A stretch of DNA of 63,016 nt, filler included, from Rhabdomonas costata (GCA_019059605.1; 57 parts of 57 records of this genome joined end to end with filler, not necessarily neighbours in it), one strand, 5' to 3'. Counted from the whole stretch's first letter, positions 46,521-59,862 are shown. Made by a program: numbers and translations. The notes: generated by a model from the sequence alone, not told the origin.

Positions 46521-47140
46521 GGTGTTGTGTGGTATCGGTGTTGTCGTAATTTGGGGTGTTGAGCTGGGATGTGGGTTGGGGTCTTCTGCGTTTTGTGTTT
46601 TTCTGAGGGATTCTGGGGCCGGTATTCGCGGGTTCAGGTGTCGGCATTCTGGGTTGGGGTGTGATTTCGTGGATAGGTCTTGGGTGTCGGGTTTCGGAGC
46701 GTGGTGTTGTGGTTTGGTTCTGTGGTGCGGGTTTGCTGCGGTCAGGTGGGCGTTGGATGGGGTGGTTTGGCTGGTCGTGTGGGAATTTCTCTTGGGTCTT
46801 TTTTGTGCGCGGGTTTCTCGGTGCCTTGGTCTTTGGGTGGGGTGTAGGGAAAGATCCATGCGTGGGGTTGTAGTGGGGTTCCTGCTGCGGTTGGGGTGTC
46901 GGGATTCGGGTGTGTGTGGGTTCTGCAGTGGATTGGGTGGTTGCGCGCTTTCGGTCTCCGTGGGTTCTGGTTCCAGGTTCCTGTCTTGGTGTCATTGTTC
47001 CGTTGTGTTCTTGGGTTACTTCGCTACGGGTGTGTCATGTTCAAGTGGTGAATTTTCGTGGGTGGTGCTGATGGGGGTTTGTGCGTTACCTTTGTGGCTT
47101 GGGTTCGTGTGTTCTGGGTTCGTTCCGTTAGATGTGAATT
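46521..47140. other. Extremely G/T-rich, A-depleted non-periodic tract
   Basis: For example, 46681-46740 has 52 of 60 bases G or T and only one A. Confidence 0.9.
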
Positions 47141-47887
47141 AACCCATCCACAACATTCAATTCGAGGCCTCGACGGGCCGCCTGGTCCCAGGTGTTGGTC
47201 ACCACAAAACCATCCACCAGTTTGGTATGACGTTTTTCTATTCTGTGTTATCAAACACTTTGGGCATTTTTTGGCTCAGTTTCTTTTGGAGCGTTTTTTT
47301 GTTGGGCCGGACGCATTTCTTTTCCACCGCAGTAAGATTTTATATTTGTAACAACTTCCTTTTTCAGGCAGAAGGCTGTGACCAGGTTCTTCTGCACACA
47401 AAGGCTGTTGGTAAAGCAAAACTATGTTACGAGCGTTACTGAGTGCAATCATTTTTTCCCTGTGCGGATCTCACTGCTTTAAGGCTTTTTAGGGAGGACC
47501 TGCCGCCTTCCGTCCACCCCCCAACAANNNNNNNNNNNNNNNNNNNNNNNNNNNNNNNNNNNNNNNNNNNNTTAATTAATTAANNNNNNNNNNNNNNNNN
47601 NNNNNNNNNNNNNNNNNNNNNNNNNNNTGTTTTGGGGACATGCGGATTTGTGTGTATGTGTGCGCCGGGAGGGGCAACAGGAATAAAAAGAATGTCTTCG
47701 TTTTTTCAAACCTTTCAAAAAGTCGAACGGGGTTGGGTTGGGGTCTTAGCCCCAGCCGGCGCGTAGCGGATGAGGAGGCCTCTTGCAATATTCGACCCAA
47801 TTCCGGGAATGTTTTTTTTTTGACTTTTTGCGATTTTATGTGCATTGAAATGTACGGTGCAGAAAGGCACGGGGGGGGCTCCCTCAC

Positions 47888-48060
47888 CGGGTCCACGGGA
47901 ACGTTTATCCCGCGGAAGAGCTGCACCGTGATCTGGATCGCGGGCAGCACGGCCAGGCTGCGGTCCAGGTGCACCACGAAATCCCTCACCCGAGGCAGCT
48001 CATCCACGGAGTTCGTCCGCAGCGCAAAGTTGGCCTGCATAATGTAATGTGTCGCGTAAT
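47888..48060 (-). CDS. NAD-dependent ADP-ribosyltransferase (ART, R-S-E/ARTC-like) exon
   Basis: YIMQANFALRTNSVDELPRVRDFVVHLDRSLAVLPAIQITVQLFRGI follows the Y...N.ALR...L..AL..LP....YRG pattern; bounded by ttcaag| and |gtgagg. Confidence 0.72.
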
Positions 48061-50081
48061 CTTGAAGACACAGAATAGGCCCGATCCCACTCACAGGTGC
48101 AAAGCAATCTCCTGGCAAGAGAAGACAAGACCATAAAAAAGTCGATAGAGCCACACACCACACGCACGCATGCACCTTAGGTGCACAAACCAGTGCTGTA
48201 AAGGAGGCCTTTTCCTAGCCGCTTCTCGGGGTGCGAGTCACCCCTCGGCTACTGGGCGGTGGTTCTCGGAAAACCTCATCGGCAAATTAAACCACGGTTT
48301 AAGGGAGCTCCAACTCTCTCTGCTGGCCAACGTTTGCTCAAAGGGCTCGCTGGCCTCTCTTCGCTTCTTCTCAGGATCCTCAATTCGTCTCCTTCTGATG
48401 ACGTGTGCACACGCCTGCTACGAGCCCACAAACAATTTCTGCTAAAGAAGGGCGTGTGAAGTTACTCTCCTTGCTTCGCTGATCACGGTTGACCGGTCAC
48501 CTCTCCACTCACACTTCAGTTGGAGCCTTTTTCCATTCTAAAAACAAAAGAACACGGCGTCTCCGAAGGCTCCCTGCACACCCGCTTGAACAGCTCTGTC
48601 TCCATAACCACAAACCCAACCACACCCACCACANNNNNNNNNNNNNNNNNNNNNNNNNNNNNNNNNNNNNNNNNNNNTTAATTAATTAANNNNNNNNNNN
48701 NNNNNNNNNNNNNNNNNNNNNNNNNNNNNNNNNTGTGGTGGGTGTGGTTGGTGGGGGATTGAAGTGTCTCACTTTGAACGTTGAGGTTTTCGGGGTTTTT
48801 TCTAGACTTGTTGGCTGGCACTGAATTGACCTTTGAGGATTTTCCGAAGAGAAATATTTGAACCTTGAATTTGTACCTGGTGAGCTTAAATTGACTCTCA
48901 GGGCACATGAGTCCAGGGAGCTCAGCACCCCAATGATGTGCAACCTGTTTGCTGCTGAAGGATCGGAAATTCTTCTTTCGCTTCCCCTGTAATACGGTTT
49001 TGTGAGTTAGACAAAACTGACGAAGGGCAAAATGTGGCTTGAATTTTTTTTTTTTGCTTTTTTTTTAGCCTTTTTTTTTTGTATTTTTTGCACTGCGTTT
49101 TTGGTCTCGACAATTTGCATTCTTTTCCCAGTCCAGCCAGCATAGGCTTTCCCCATACTCTCGCTTTTGGCTCACACTTCCTTATTGGCATCCCAACTTT
49201 TATTTTCTTCTTGCACCTCGCCTTCGTTGCTCAAGCTCAAAACCCAACCTGCCTAAAAACTTGCTTTCTATCACCTTCAGTCAGAGTTGAGCAAAGCAGC
49301 AAAAGCTCCCTTCCACCACACCTCGCATTATCGCCGGTCGGGTGCACTCGAGCCACAGGGAAGGCTCTGAAGACTGTGGGGTTTTCTTTTCACCAGTTGC
49401 CGAAGGGCGCACGTGGGTGCACACCTAGGTTTTTGATGGATAGCCGAGGAATGGATTCGTGAACGACCCCCCAAACCGCCGCACAAACGTTACATTACAC
49501 AATTGTTGGAGTCCGCAGCCTTGTTTATGAAGAGTCCGGGTGACCGTACTCCGTGATTTCCGCGACTCAGGAGGGGAGCGGTCGTCGTCGTAGAATGGAC
49601 ACACACAAAGTATCCGAAAATTTGGAAGATGTCAGGAAACCGAGAGACGCCAGGCGATTTCTCATCCGCATCCATGGAGCCTTCACGCATAAATGAAAAA
49701 CTCCTGGATTCGAAAGATGAGGCGGGGCACCCCCCACCCCNNNNNNNNNNNNNNNNNNNNNNNNNNNNNNNNNNNNNNNNNNNNTTAATTAATTAANNNN
49801 NNNNNNNNNNNNNNNNNNNNNNNNNNNNNNNNNNNNNNNNTTGTTGGTGGCGAAAGTTCAGACGAGAGATGGAAGATAGACGTCTTTGATGACTGCTTAC
49901 TCTCGCTGCCTGCTGGGTGCGTTGAACTGACATCTTTTCTTTCCCTTTGAGCGGTAGTTAACCCATTCCTGTCGTCGGCTACCCCGTGAAGTGGCTTGCG
50001 GGTGTGAGCAATTTTGTATGGTGCGCTTTTGGTTGAATTCAATCGATGACGGTGCACGCGCACTCATGTGTGACCCCTCAG

Positions 50082-50247
50082 GAGATGCTGACTGGGGTTC
50101 AGCTGGACAACCCGGAGCGGCTGAGGCAGCTCGCCGCGGAGACCTTCGCCGACTTGGAGGGCTCTCTGGTGGAGGACGGGGACAGCTTTGCTGGGGCCCG
50201 GCTGGCCGCTCAGCTGAGCCCTCTGGGCTGGCTGCAGGAGACCATGG
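50082..50247 (+). CDS. Presequence protease (M16C peptidase, PreP/PITRM1-like) exon
   Basis: EMLTGVQLDNPERLRQLAAETFADLEGSLVEDGDSFAGARLAAQLSPLGWLQETMG; bounded by cccctcag| and G|gtcgtg. Confidence 0.75.
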
Positions 50248-52312
50248 GTCGTGAAAAAACATTAAATGCCATCGCTATCTTTTCTCTCTCTCTCTACATA
50301 TCGGCGAAGCCTTTTATCACTTCGAAGAATTTTGCAGAAAGCTGGATACAGCTGCAGATCCCAGGTCTCACATACTCGTCCAGGCTACGTCTGCCCTGTG
50401 AATGTGCGCGAATGTCTCTGATCCCTGTGTGTGTGGCACAAGCATGCTCGCCCCGCCTTTGTGCCTTCCTCGCCACACCCCAGACACCAGTCCCATGTGT
50501 GTGGTAACGAACGTCACGAACAGCAGCACCGTGAACGCGCCAAAAACCAACAGATGTGCAGAACAAGCAGCACAAGGACGTGTGGTAAAGAAATCTCTGG
50601 CCGTCTGGTGGCGGGAAGCGTGTTGAGGACCCAGTAGTGACCTGCAACAGTGTTGGCAATTCCGGTTTCCAGGGGATACCCCTCCACTTTCTCCCAATTG
50701 CCTTCCTCTCTCAATGTGGGCAGTATTGGTCCGTTCCAGCTTGCATCCGTTTCTTTTCTGGTTCTTCGTGAAATCGATTATCAGATCCTTCCTGCCTCTC
50801 CTTTTGCGATCTCTCATCTCTTTCCCTTTATAACTTAACCACACACCNNNNNNNNNNNNNNNNNNNNNNNNNNNNNNNNNNNNNNNNNNNNTTAATTAAT
50901 TAANNNNNNNNNNNNNNNNNNNNNNNNNNNNNNNNNNNNNNNNNNNNGTGTGGGTGGGGTGGTGGGGGTGCCCCTCCCTCTTGTGCTCACCCTTTTTGCA
51001 CTTGTTTTGTTGCCTGCCCACCTTGGAATGCGTAGCTGTTGTCATGTTTTTGCTTTTATTAGTTCCTTGTGTCTGTCAGGAATCAACATGTGTGTGTTCA
51101 GGGTTGCGTACCAAGATGCCAGTTCACCGGAAATGCATTGTGGTTTTTTTGCCTCACCATTGCTGCGAAGGAAGTTGCACCACGCACACCCCTCTCGTCC
51201 GATTGGAGCGCTCGGGATTGGTCACATGATTGTGAAGCGCCGGAGTTGCCACCGTCTTCTATCCCATTGGAGAAGAAGAATTCCTTGTGTGCCTGTTACG
51301 GCGGCTGCCGTTTTTTCCTCTTACTTCTGACACAGACCCTAATATTGATGATCAGATTATGAAGCGCTCAAGGGAATTTAAGTTATGGTCATCTTAGGGT
51401 AGGAGCATGGCCATGAGCGTAGCGAGTGGACATGCGACGTTAGGCATCTTCTTCTCTCATCCTCACTCCCTCTCTCTCACGAAGCATGGCCGTAGTTCAT
51501 GCGTAGTAGCAAGTAAGGATGACGACTGAAACGCCCATCTCACCCTGCGGGGCCCTCTCCCTTCACTCATACGCTGACATCCCTTCACGTAGAGGCGTAA
51601 GATGGCACTTTGCATTCGAGGTCTCATCTTCCCTCCTCGTGGGGTTCATGTCTCAGTTTGGTGACGTCAGCGGTGGAGGTGGCATTCCTCACCCTCTGGC
51701 ATCAACCATGCCCTGTTGCTCCTCCTGACACAGCATGACAACAGGGAGGGTAGCGGCCATGACACCATCCTTCCTTCTACGTGATGGATTGGCGTGGTTG
51801 TTACGCCACTTCCACCATGTAGGGAATGGGAGTACCATGGCTGGTACCGACCCTGCCTCATGACATCACCGTGGGTTGGAGTAGTGGTTCAGGTGGTAGG
51901 AGTGGTGGGTGCTACAACGCTACCCCTTACGCCATGTCCACTACAACCACCACCNNNNNNNNNNNNNNNNNNNNNNNNNNNNNNNNNNNNNNNNNNNNTT
52001 AATTAATTAANNNNNNNNNNNNNNNNNNNNNNNNNNNNNNNNNNNNNNNNNNNNGTGGTTGTTTCATTTACAACCTGGCGGGCAGAGAGCAGGCCGTTCC
52101 ACAAATTGTGCGTTTTCACCCTTACCCTGCCTACGTGAGCTGTCATCCGCTGACGCGGTGATATTGAGCATCAGTGCTGTGGAATTTATCGGCGTGCACC
52201 AGTGAATTTCGAGCTCCTGGAGAGTACGAGAATTTCGGCTCTTCATAATATTCGCAAACTCCAATATCCGGTAAGGTGCGAATGTGTCTGTGACTCGCCT
52301 CAAACGCAACAG

Positions 52313-52462
52313 GTCATCTCTCGGATACAAAACCAAGGCACTTGCTTTTGAGCTGGGGATGTGTGCTGTGGGGCGTGGCGACGCTATGCGTCGCGGCATC
52401 GACCTCCCCTGTGGTCTTTGCGGTGTTCCGGGGCCTCAATGGCGTGGCTTTGGCAAGCGTTG
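52313..52462 (+). CDS. MFS transporter (spinster-like) exon
   Basis: GHLSDTKPRHLLLSWGCVLWGVATLCVAASTSPVVFAVFRGLNGVALAS contains MFS motif A (G.LSD...R) and the TM4 R.L.G motif. Confidence 0.8.
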
Positions 52463-52966
52463 GTCTACCTCTCCCATTCACGTGCTCGCGCAGCTGCTTC
52501 TGCTTCTGCGTTCTTCAGTTGCTTTCTTTCATTCCATGTGATACACACACCATGTATCAAGGGATGAACGTTGACGCTGGACATTCATCATCAAGGCTAA
52601 GTTGGTCCCGAGATGTGAGTTGGGTTGGTTTTGAACTGTTTGCGGACGAATAAGTGCATGCGAGGGGTCGTGAAAGTATGAGTTTATATGGGTTGTTCAC
52701 ATATCATCTGCAGGTTTTCCGGAACCAAACGAAATCAAGGCACTGCGTCACAACAGTTGCACACAAAAAAAACACAGGCAAAAGTGGAACGGAACGGGTA
52801 CCTGAAGAGGGCAACGGCAGGGATGGAAGGGCGAGGAAGGACGCACAAGGTACCGAGGTACCGAGACAGCCAGTAGTGTCTGGGGACCGAGCACACACGG
52901 CGAAGATGTGGGCGGGGTAACCTCCACACAAACACACATCTAGTCTACGTTCTAGTATTCACAAGG

Positions 52967-53002
52967 ATTCTGCAGGTTATTCTGCAGGTTATTCTGCAGG
53001 TT
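52967..53002. repeat. 12-bp tandem repeat (ATTCTGCAGGTT)3
   Basis: Direct reading. Confidence 0.9.
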
Positions 53003-53161
53003 CTGTCATTTTTGACCTCCCCCCCCTTTGGGTTTAACCAAGTCGTAGATTCCCAAAAAACNNNNNNNNNNNNNNNNNNNNNNNNNNNNNNNNNNNNNNN
53101 NNNNNTTAATTAATTAANNNNNNNNNNNNNNNNNNNNNNNNNNNNNNNNNNNNNNNNNNNN

Positions 53162-53560
53162 GGGTTTGGGAGTCCCCGTTCGTCCGGACGAACGGGGACT
53201 CCCAAAACCACCAAGCCATCCTGTGGCTGCACCTTAGGAATATTTACCAGGTTGGGGTCTTCGCAGGTGCCGCGTTGTTGGAACAGCCTGCAGTTGCTTG
53301 TGTTGAGGATCAGGCCGAGAGACCGAAGCTGGGACTTGGCAGAAAGCAGTGCTCTGCCAAGAGCCGAACATTCACAAGCCAGATGCGCGTCGTCAGAAAC
53401 CAACACTGGAAGTCCAGACCCAATTCTTCAAGCTCCATTGCGACCTTGTGCACCGAAATCGCGAACAGCAGCGGGACGAGAACATCGCCTTGTTGAACAT
53501 ACCTGGTGGACTCAAACCTGAACCCGTCGCAAAAGTCTGCAACGGCTTTTGGGTGCAGAA
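53162..53560 (-). mobile_element. Decayed CRE-clade-like non-LTR retrotransposon RT (motifs 4-7)
   Basis: STRYVQQGDVLVPLLFAISVH...QCWF(L)DDA (1-nt frameshift)...LGLILNTSNC...GLVVLGVPV. Confidence 0.8.
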
Positions 53561-53716
53561 AAAATTACCTTTTGTCCAAATTCCTGCGGTGCTGTTGGAA
53601 AACAGGTAACAATCTTAATTTGGAACCATAAAAAGCACCATCAATAGCATGCCAATGACCTTTAGCTTTCTCTGTCTGGAAGACCAAGCCTCGAGACGCA
53701 GCACACAGCACCCTAC

Positions 53717-54031
53717 CTGCGCTCCACCGATCGCCCACAGCTGCCCACGGTGCACGGTCACCTGGATGTTGCAGAGGCCTCCTGGGGTAAAGGCCGCGGA
53801 GGTGGTCAGGGACCACCTCCCACCACCCGCCTGAGTCGGGTCAGCGCTGAAGTACACATCGTTGAGGACCCCAGAGATCGTGGCAATATTGTCCTGAACG
53901 GTCGTAATGGACCCGCCGATCACCCACAGCTTGCCCAGGAACGGTACCACCCCGGGGCTATTGCGGCTCGGGAAGCTCCCTGAGCCATGGAATGCCCACG
54001 TGGCACCCGTGGGGTCAGCGGTGGAATACAC
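53717..54031 (-). CDS. Kelch-like beta-propeller repeat exon (315 nt, phase 0/0)
   Basis: FLGKLWVIGG...LNDVYFSAD...W and HRGQLWAIGG; bounded by cccctgcag| and CAG|gtaggg. Confidence 0.85.
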
Positions 54032-55374
54032 CTGCAGGGGAAACAGCAAAACAGAAGTTGGCGAACGCCGAACTTACCATCGACCAGGTCGTATGGACGA
54101 CGGATTCAACTGGGAAGAAGAGAAGGACAAGTCATGCAAAGACCAAGAATAGGGAACACAACACACCNNNNNNNNNNNNNNNNNNNNNNNNNNNNNNNNN
54201 NNNNNNNNNNNTTAATTAATTAANNNNNNNNNNNNNNNNNNNNNNNNNNNNNNNNNNNNNNNNNNNNGGGGCGGAGCCCACTGGTGTGCCTGGGGAAGTG
54301 GCCCTGCCTCCACTCCTTCCCTGTCTTTCTCTGGACACCCGTTTTTCTTGCGGGAGGGGTCTCAGCCGCCCCCCCCCCCCCATGCATGTCCTTCGCAAAG
54401 TTGTGCTGCGTGCGATATGGTACAGGAAAGGAACTCGCAGAATAAGAAAGCATTTTTAGCGTTGCAAAACTGTTTTATGTTGTTGGACGCCTTATAAATT
54501 GTTTAAATTATGTGTGACACATGGGGGGGAGTGCTGTGTGATGATTTTGCTTTCCATGGTCACAAAAAATCCAAAACTCACCCCCCCCCCTCCCCAGTTA
54601 GGCTTGCCATCCTTCACCTAAGCAGAGGAGCAGCGCTGCATATGATGCAGCTCATCTAACGGCTGCGAAACGCCAAATAGGAGCACAAAAATAAGTGAAG
54701 CTGGCAAACGTGCACGCATTTTCCCATTTTTTCTTGAGCTTTTGGTGCTTTGGATCATTGACGATTCTTGTGTGGTGTTTTACAATCTGATTCGGGACCC
54801 TACCACACAGTGTCGGAGTAGGCACTGCGACTCGCGCAGACACACACCCGGGGGAGAGCAGGAAGAGGCCCCTATGCAACCATGTGACACGCCTGCAGTT
54901 ACCGTTGCCACCCGTTCGCTCATCCGAAATAAAAGCTTAAAGGGTCGTTTCGGCGATATAAAGCCCCCACACACACAAAGAGGTCGTAGCCTCGGAGACT
55001 GAGCAGCAATGGAGCAGCGCGGATAGCCGTTGGAAAATAGCAACTGCGCGACAAAGGCCCGGGACACTGGACGTAGAACGTTCACCGCGGGTACCCGGTA
55101 GCCGGTACCCCACGTCGTCTGCTCCGAACATACCAACGGTACCTCTCGCGAGCACCCGTGGCCAACAGTGCGTGCGCGCGTGGGCCCGTCAGTCCACGGC
55201 GATCACCAACAGTCAGTCAGGCAGTAGCCGGTGCGTTATTAGCCCAACACACACACACACACACATGAGCGACTNNNNNNNNNNNNNNNNNNNNNNNNNN
55301 NNNNNNNNNNNNNNNNNNTTAATTAATTAANNNNNNNNNNNNNNNNNNNNNNNNNNNNNNNNNNNNNNNNNNNN

Positions 55375-55615
55375 TTTTGTGTCGGGTCTGTAGCAACCCC
55401 TGCACGGCCTCCAGCGCCATCGCCTGCCCCGCCGCGCACCGCACACACAGCAGCCGCAGCACCCGCAGCACGGCCCGCAAAACGGGCTTGCCCTCGGGGC
55501 CGGGCACCACAAGGGACTCCCGGCGTAGCAGCGTGGAGAGCTTCTGCGGAACCTGGGCACGGAGCAGGTAGTGCTGGTACTGCGCTACAAGGTTCTCGTC
55601 CGCGCCCCCGCTACC
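55375..55615 (-). CDS. Exon of an alpha-helical (ARM/RIH-like) protein
   Basis: GC3-rich frame YQHYLLRAQVPQKLSTLL...VLRAVLRVLRLLCVRCAAGQAMALEAV after ttcgccacag|; family uncertain. Confidence 0.45.
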
Positions 55616-58248
55616 CTGTGGCGAAGAAGAGGTGGGGGAGAGGACATAGCCTGACGAGTTCGTACTCCTCCATTTCTCCGGGGGTAGAGCCGACGTTGAG
55701 AAGGAGGAGGCAGAGGAGCGGGACGAGCCCGAATGAACATCAGGGGCATTTTCTGCTCATTTTGCAGAGCGAAACTGAAAAAAGAAAGTCGGAGAAAATT
55801 CGGATAATTCGGATTTTGAAGATCCCTGATGAAGCCCACGGCAGAAGCACCATCACAAGTTATTCCGGTGAGGAATTCTGGAATGCACAACCGCCAGTTG
55901 GCAGACATAATGTAGATGAGTAGAGATAGGGATGGGGGTGGGAGAGGTGGGGAGCAAACTACTGCTACCTGGAAAGAGAAATGAGGAGGGTGTGTACGTC
56001 TGTAGGCGAGGATTATGCAGATTTTGACCAGGAGCGGGGAAAGTCAAGATACGAGATCTCCACTCTCCACTGAAGTCCAATGAATAATCCAACTCACCAA
56101 ATGTGTATGTATGTAAATGCTGACCACACGGCACTTGGATGCCGTGGTGTTGGAAGATCCAGGTCGTCACAAGGTGTCAAGGGTTTACCATCGATTTTCC
56201 TTCAGCACTGCATTGCACTCACGTAGTTAGCACTTCGCTTTTACGGGGTTAGAGAGAAAAATAGGGGTGGGTGGACAAAAAGGCCCCCTTCCAACACTCA
56301 AAAAAAGCGAGGGAAGCGAGAAAGGAAGCCTTTAATTTTACAGGTCAGAGCGACCCAAACGTCCATTGCACACAACCAACCNNNNNNNNNNNNNNNNNNN
56401 NNNNNNNNNNNNNNNNNNNNNNNNNTTAATTAATTAANNNNNNNNNNNNNNNNNNNNNNNNNNNNNNNNNNNNNNNNNNNNTTGTTGTTGGGGTCTAGGC
56501 ACACCTGTGCGCACCATGACGTACACTCCTGTCCCCGATGCCGCTCAGCCCTACCCCCAGGCTGTTCTCCTGGTCCGCACAGGTGTGCCTAGACCCCAAC
56601 AACAACAGACATTGGTTTCGGTATTCCTTTTTTGTTGCGTTTTAAAAGGTGTCCATCCAACTTTTGGTCACACTTGGACCACATCAGTTGCTGTGCTGTG
56701 CTTTTGTGCTGTGGCTTTTTAGCTTGGGTGCAAGCATCCTTACTCACTTGTGAGTGAGGAGCGAAGCGAATACAGTTTGCGTTTCTGGCCCGTTGGATTG
56801 GGACCTCTATAATCTCTGGGTTTTCTTTCAACTTCAGCATGCGATGGGGTATATCTCGATTCCACGAGCTCCTCTGTGTACATCGGCCCGACGGAGTTGA
56901 CGACGCCCTATTACTACTACACCAGCTCTGCAAGTATGCAATGGAGAGGAAAGCGGTTGGTCTTTGGGAGGGGTTTTTCGTGCTCTTTTTTTTTTCCTTA
57001 TCCGTGAATTTTATCCGTGTGTATCTTCCACTCGTTATCGTTAGATGCTCTGTAATTTTCACTTGGGACTCAGAGGATAACGTCTTGATATGATGCCTCG
57101 TGGCATTGTTCTTTTCCGTGTACTTCTTCACGTACGCATACACACACAACTTCCGTTTGGTAACTGATCCAGTTTCCTTGTGTTGTCTGGTGTGATGGTA
57201 TGGAGGGTGGGGGGTGAAGGGTGCCCCTGGTTCCCAATTTCCTCAGTATCAGGAAATACTCTGGTTCGGCCAGGAGAAACTATATTATTGTATGTAAAGG
57301 GCGAAGCCGAAGCAGATCTGGGGCCAAAAGTGAAAGTGCTTGTATCGAAAAAAGACCGATATAAGACTGACATTAAAACGATTTTAAGCCCAACACAGAA
57401 CCAGTTGCATTTCCTTTCTCCCCTGTCCTCTCCATGCATTTCAGCGAATGCCGACCAGCTGACCAAGATTCTTTGGACGGTCACCCACNNNNNNNNNNNN
57501 NNNNNNNNNNNNNNNNNNNNNNNNNNNNNNNNTTAATTAATTAANNNNNNNNNNNNNNNNNNNNNNNNNNNNNNNNNNNNNNNNNNNNGTTTTGTGGACG
57601 CGGATACCTTTAAGCTGGGATGATCGACTGTGACTGCTGATGTTGGGTTCTCCCTCTACTGGGCAATGGCCAAAAAGGACACGGGAATGATTAACGATAA
57701 TTAAGCGAATAAATAGCAATAAATAGCATTCGTGGCAATGCCTTTTCTCGTGGCGGGGAGAAGCTGAAGGCTGGCCCTTACAGAGTTCGAGCCGCCACGA
57801 AATAGTTTTTTCGTCCGCAACTTCAGGTCCCTCTGATCATCAAAGTGTTAGATAGTGGGTTTGTTTTCATTATCTTGCGCAAGACGGATCTCTCGTGCAA
57901 GGCTTCTGGTTTTAGTGTCGGAATGAGGTGGGGTGGATGGTTTCAGTTCCGAATTTGGGGTCCCTGTTATGAACGGGTCCCCCATCTTAAGAGGTTCAAC
58001 AGGGTACCACAAGAAGAAGAAGGTGCTTCGGGGCTTGAGTCAGGCTTCAGGCTTCGGTCACTGAAAAACAATTCCTACTCGGACAAGTAAAAATTCGAGC
58101 ATTCAAAGTGTTATTATTCGCGCATTCCAGATCTGAGCGAAGCCTTTCCACGCGCACAAACCGTACGGAGGTTGCAGGGACGCACAGCGGAGCATCACCG
58201 GGGGGCACCGAGCGGGCAAAGGAACAAAGGTTCGGTGCGCACTTACAG

Positions 58249-58580
58249 GAGGGCACCACCACCAACGGGACGGCTCTGCTGGAGTTCCGCCGCGGGGCCT
58301 TCACCACGGGGGCCCCTGTGATCCCGATGCTGGTGGACTACCCCAGCCCTTTTGGCTCCCTGCTCACCGCCGGGGGGTTCCAGCTGCACTGGGAGTGCAT
58401 CACCTTCCTGGAGAGCATGCTGTGTGGGCTGCTGTGCTTCGCGCTGCCGGTGAAGGTGAGGTTCCTGCCCCCGCACGAGCCCACCCCGGAGGAGATTGAC
58501 AGCCCTGCCCTGTACGCCCGGAACGTCTTCCAGATCATGCAGAAGGCCACCGGGCTGAAGGGTGCACCCCTGACCTACCC
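58249..58580 (+). CDS. Lysophospholipid acyltransferase (LPCAT/LPEAT-like) exon
   Basis: EGTTTNGTALLEFRRGAFTTGAPVIP...V.FLP...P..EE...PALYA.NV...M; acceptor cttacag|. Confidence 0.9.
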
Positions 58581-59862
58581 AACCCAACNNNNNNNNNNNN
58601 NNNNNNNNNNNNNNNNNNNNNNNNNNNNNNNNTTAATTAATTAANNNNNNNNNNNNNNNNNNNNNNNNNNNNNNNNNNNNNNNNNNNNGTTTTGTTAACC
58701 ATGTCACGCGTGCAGAACTTCCACAACGATGGAATTGGTGCAGAAGGAAGCTCGGGGCGGTGGAGCTCGACCGGGGGGCCGAGTCGTCCAGGGCAGGCCC
58801 TCAACTCTGTTGAAATCCCATGATGCTTTGCAAGGCAAGGTGTACCCGCGCAAGGCTGTGCATTTTTTCCACTATTGTTATGGTGTTACGTTTTTCACTT
58901 CCTTTTCACTCCCCTTTCACTTCTGCTGTTGCTGCTGTTTGCTTCCGGATATTATTTAACTTAATTCCGCGTTAGGTAAATACCTCGAAAAGGTTTCATT
59001 TCCTTTTAAGAGGGATTAAAGGGGGTTAGGAAAACTGCCAGTGCTCTCAAGGTCAACGGTATTAAGGTATATAATTGCATCGCTCTGGAGTTTGGAGCAG
59101 CCCCGAAAACGTTTTTAACTAGACCTGCATTTTGCTTCCACCATTCCTCCTCCTCCTCTTTTCTACATTCGAAGGAGCCGCTTAAGAGCGTCTAAAGTAT
59201 CTCAGCTCAGCAAGAACAATCTTAGGCTGCGCACCGCTCCGCTTCTCAGGACGCAGTCGAAGGTGGTGGCGAACCCGCTTTGGAGGACGTAGCCGCTCTT
59301 CAGGAATACGCTGTGGAGCTCACTTCAGGCCCACTTCAGGCCGAGTCCACTGGAAACTCAGGTTCGTCTCTCGCTCCACCTGCGTAGCACCTGCAAAGCA
59401 TGAGTATCAGCGGCCTCACACGAATAATGTTTTCTTCTGTTTCAAGCTTTTTGTTTTGGTCCTTGACTTTTCTGCACCGTGTGTTGGGAAATGATAAACT
59501 GATGGACTCTTTTTGCTTGGTTTTGCTTTTTTTCTTGTACACCAACACGGATCCCTGATGACCTACCTGCCTATCTTTCTCTGTTGCAGCTGCCCCAGCA
59601 GTGACCCGCGGGATCCTCCCTGCGGTGGCTCAAGGGCCCCGCCCCAGGGTTATCCCCTCCCTTCCAGTCACAAGAAGCCTGCCGACCACAACACCNNNNN
59701 NNNNNNNNNNNNNNNNNNNNNNNNNNNNNNNNNNNNNNNTTAATTAATTAANNNNNNNNNNNNNNNNNNNNNNNNNNNNNNNNNNNNNNNNNNNNGTGCG
59801 GGCACAACTTAATACGCTCACCACCACCACCACCACCTCCTCCTCCACACAAGAACAGAAAC

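Noticed and set aside
46465..47142. Long ORFs on both strands of the G/T tract as real proteins
   Set aside because: Base skew alone suppresses stop codons; no motif or splice support.
56838..57290. Two short exon-like segments (ACDGVYLDSTSSSVYIGP...)
   Set aside because: Frame and family are ambiguous; the CUB-like resemblance is not convincing.
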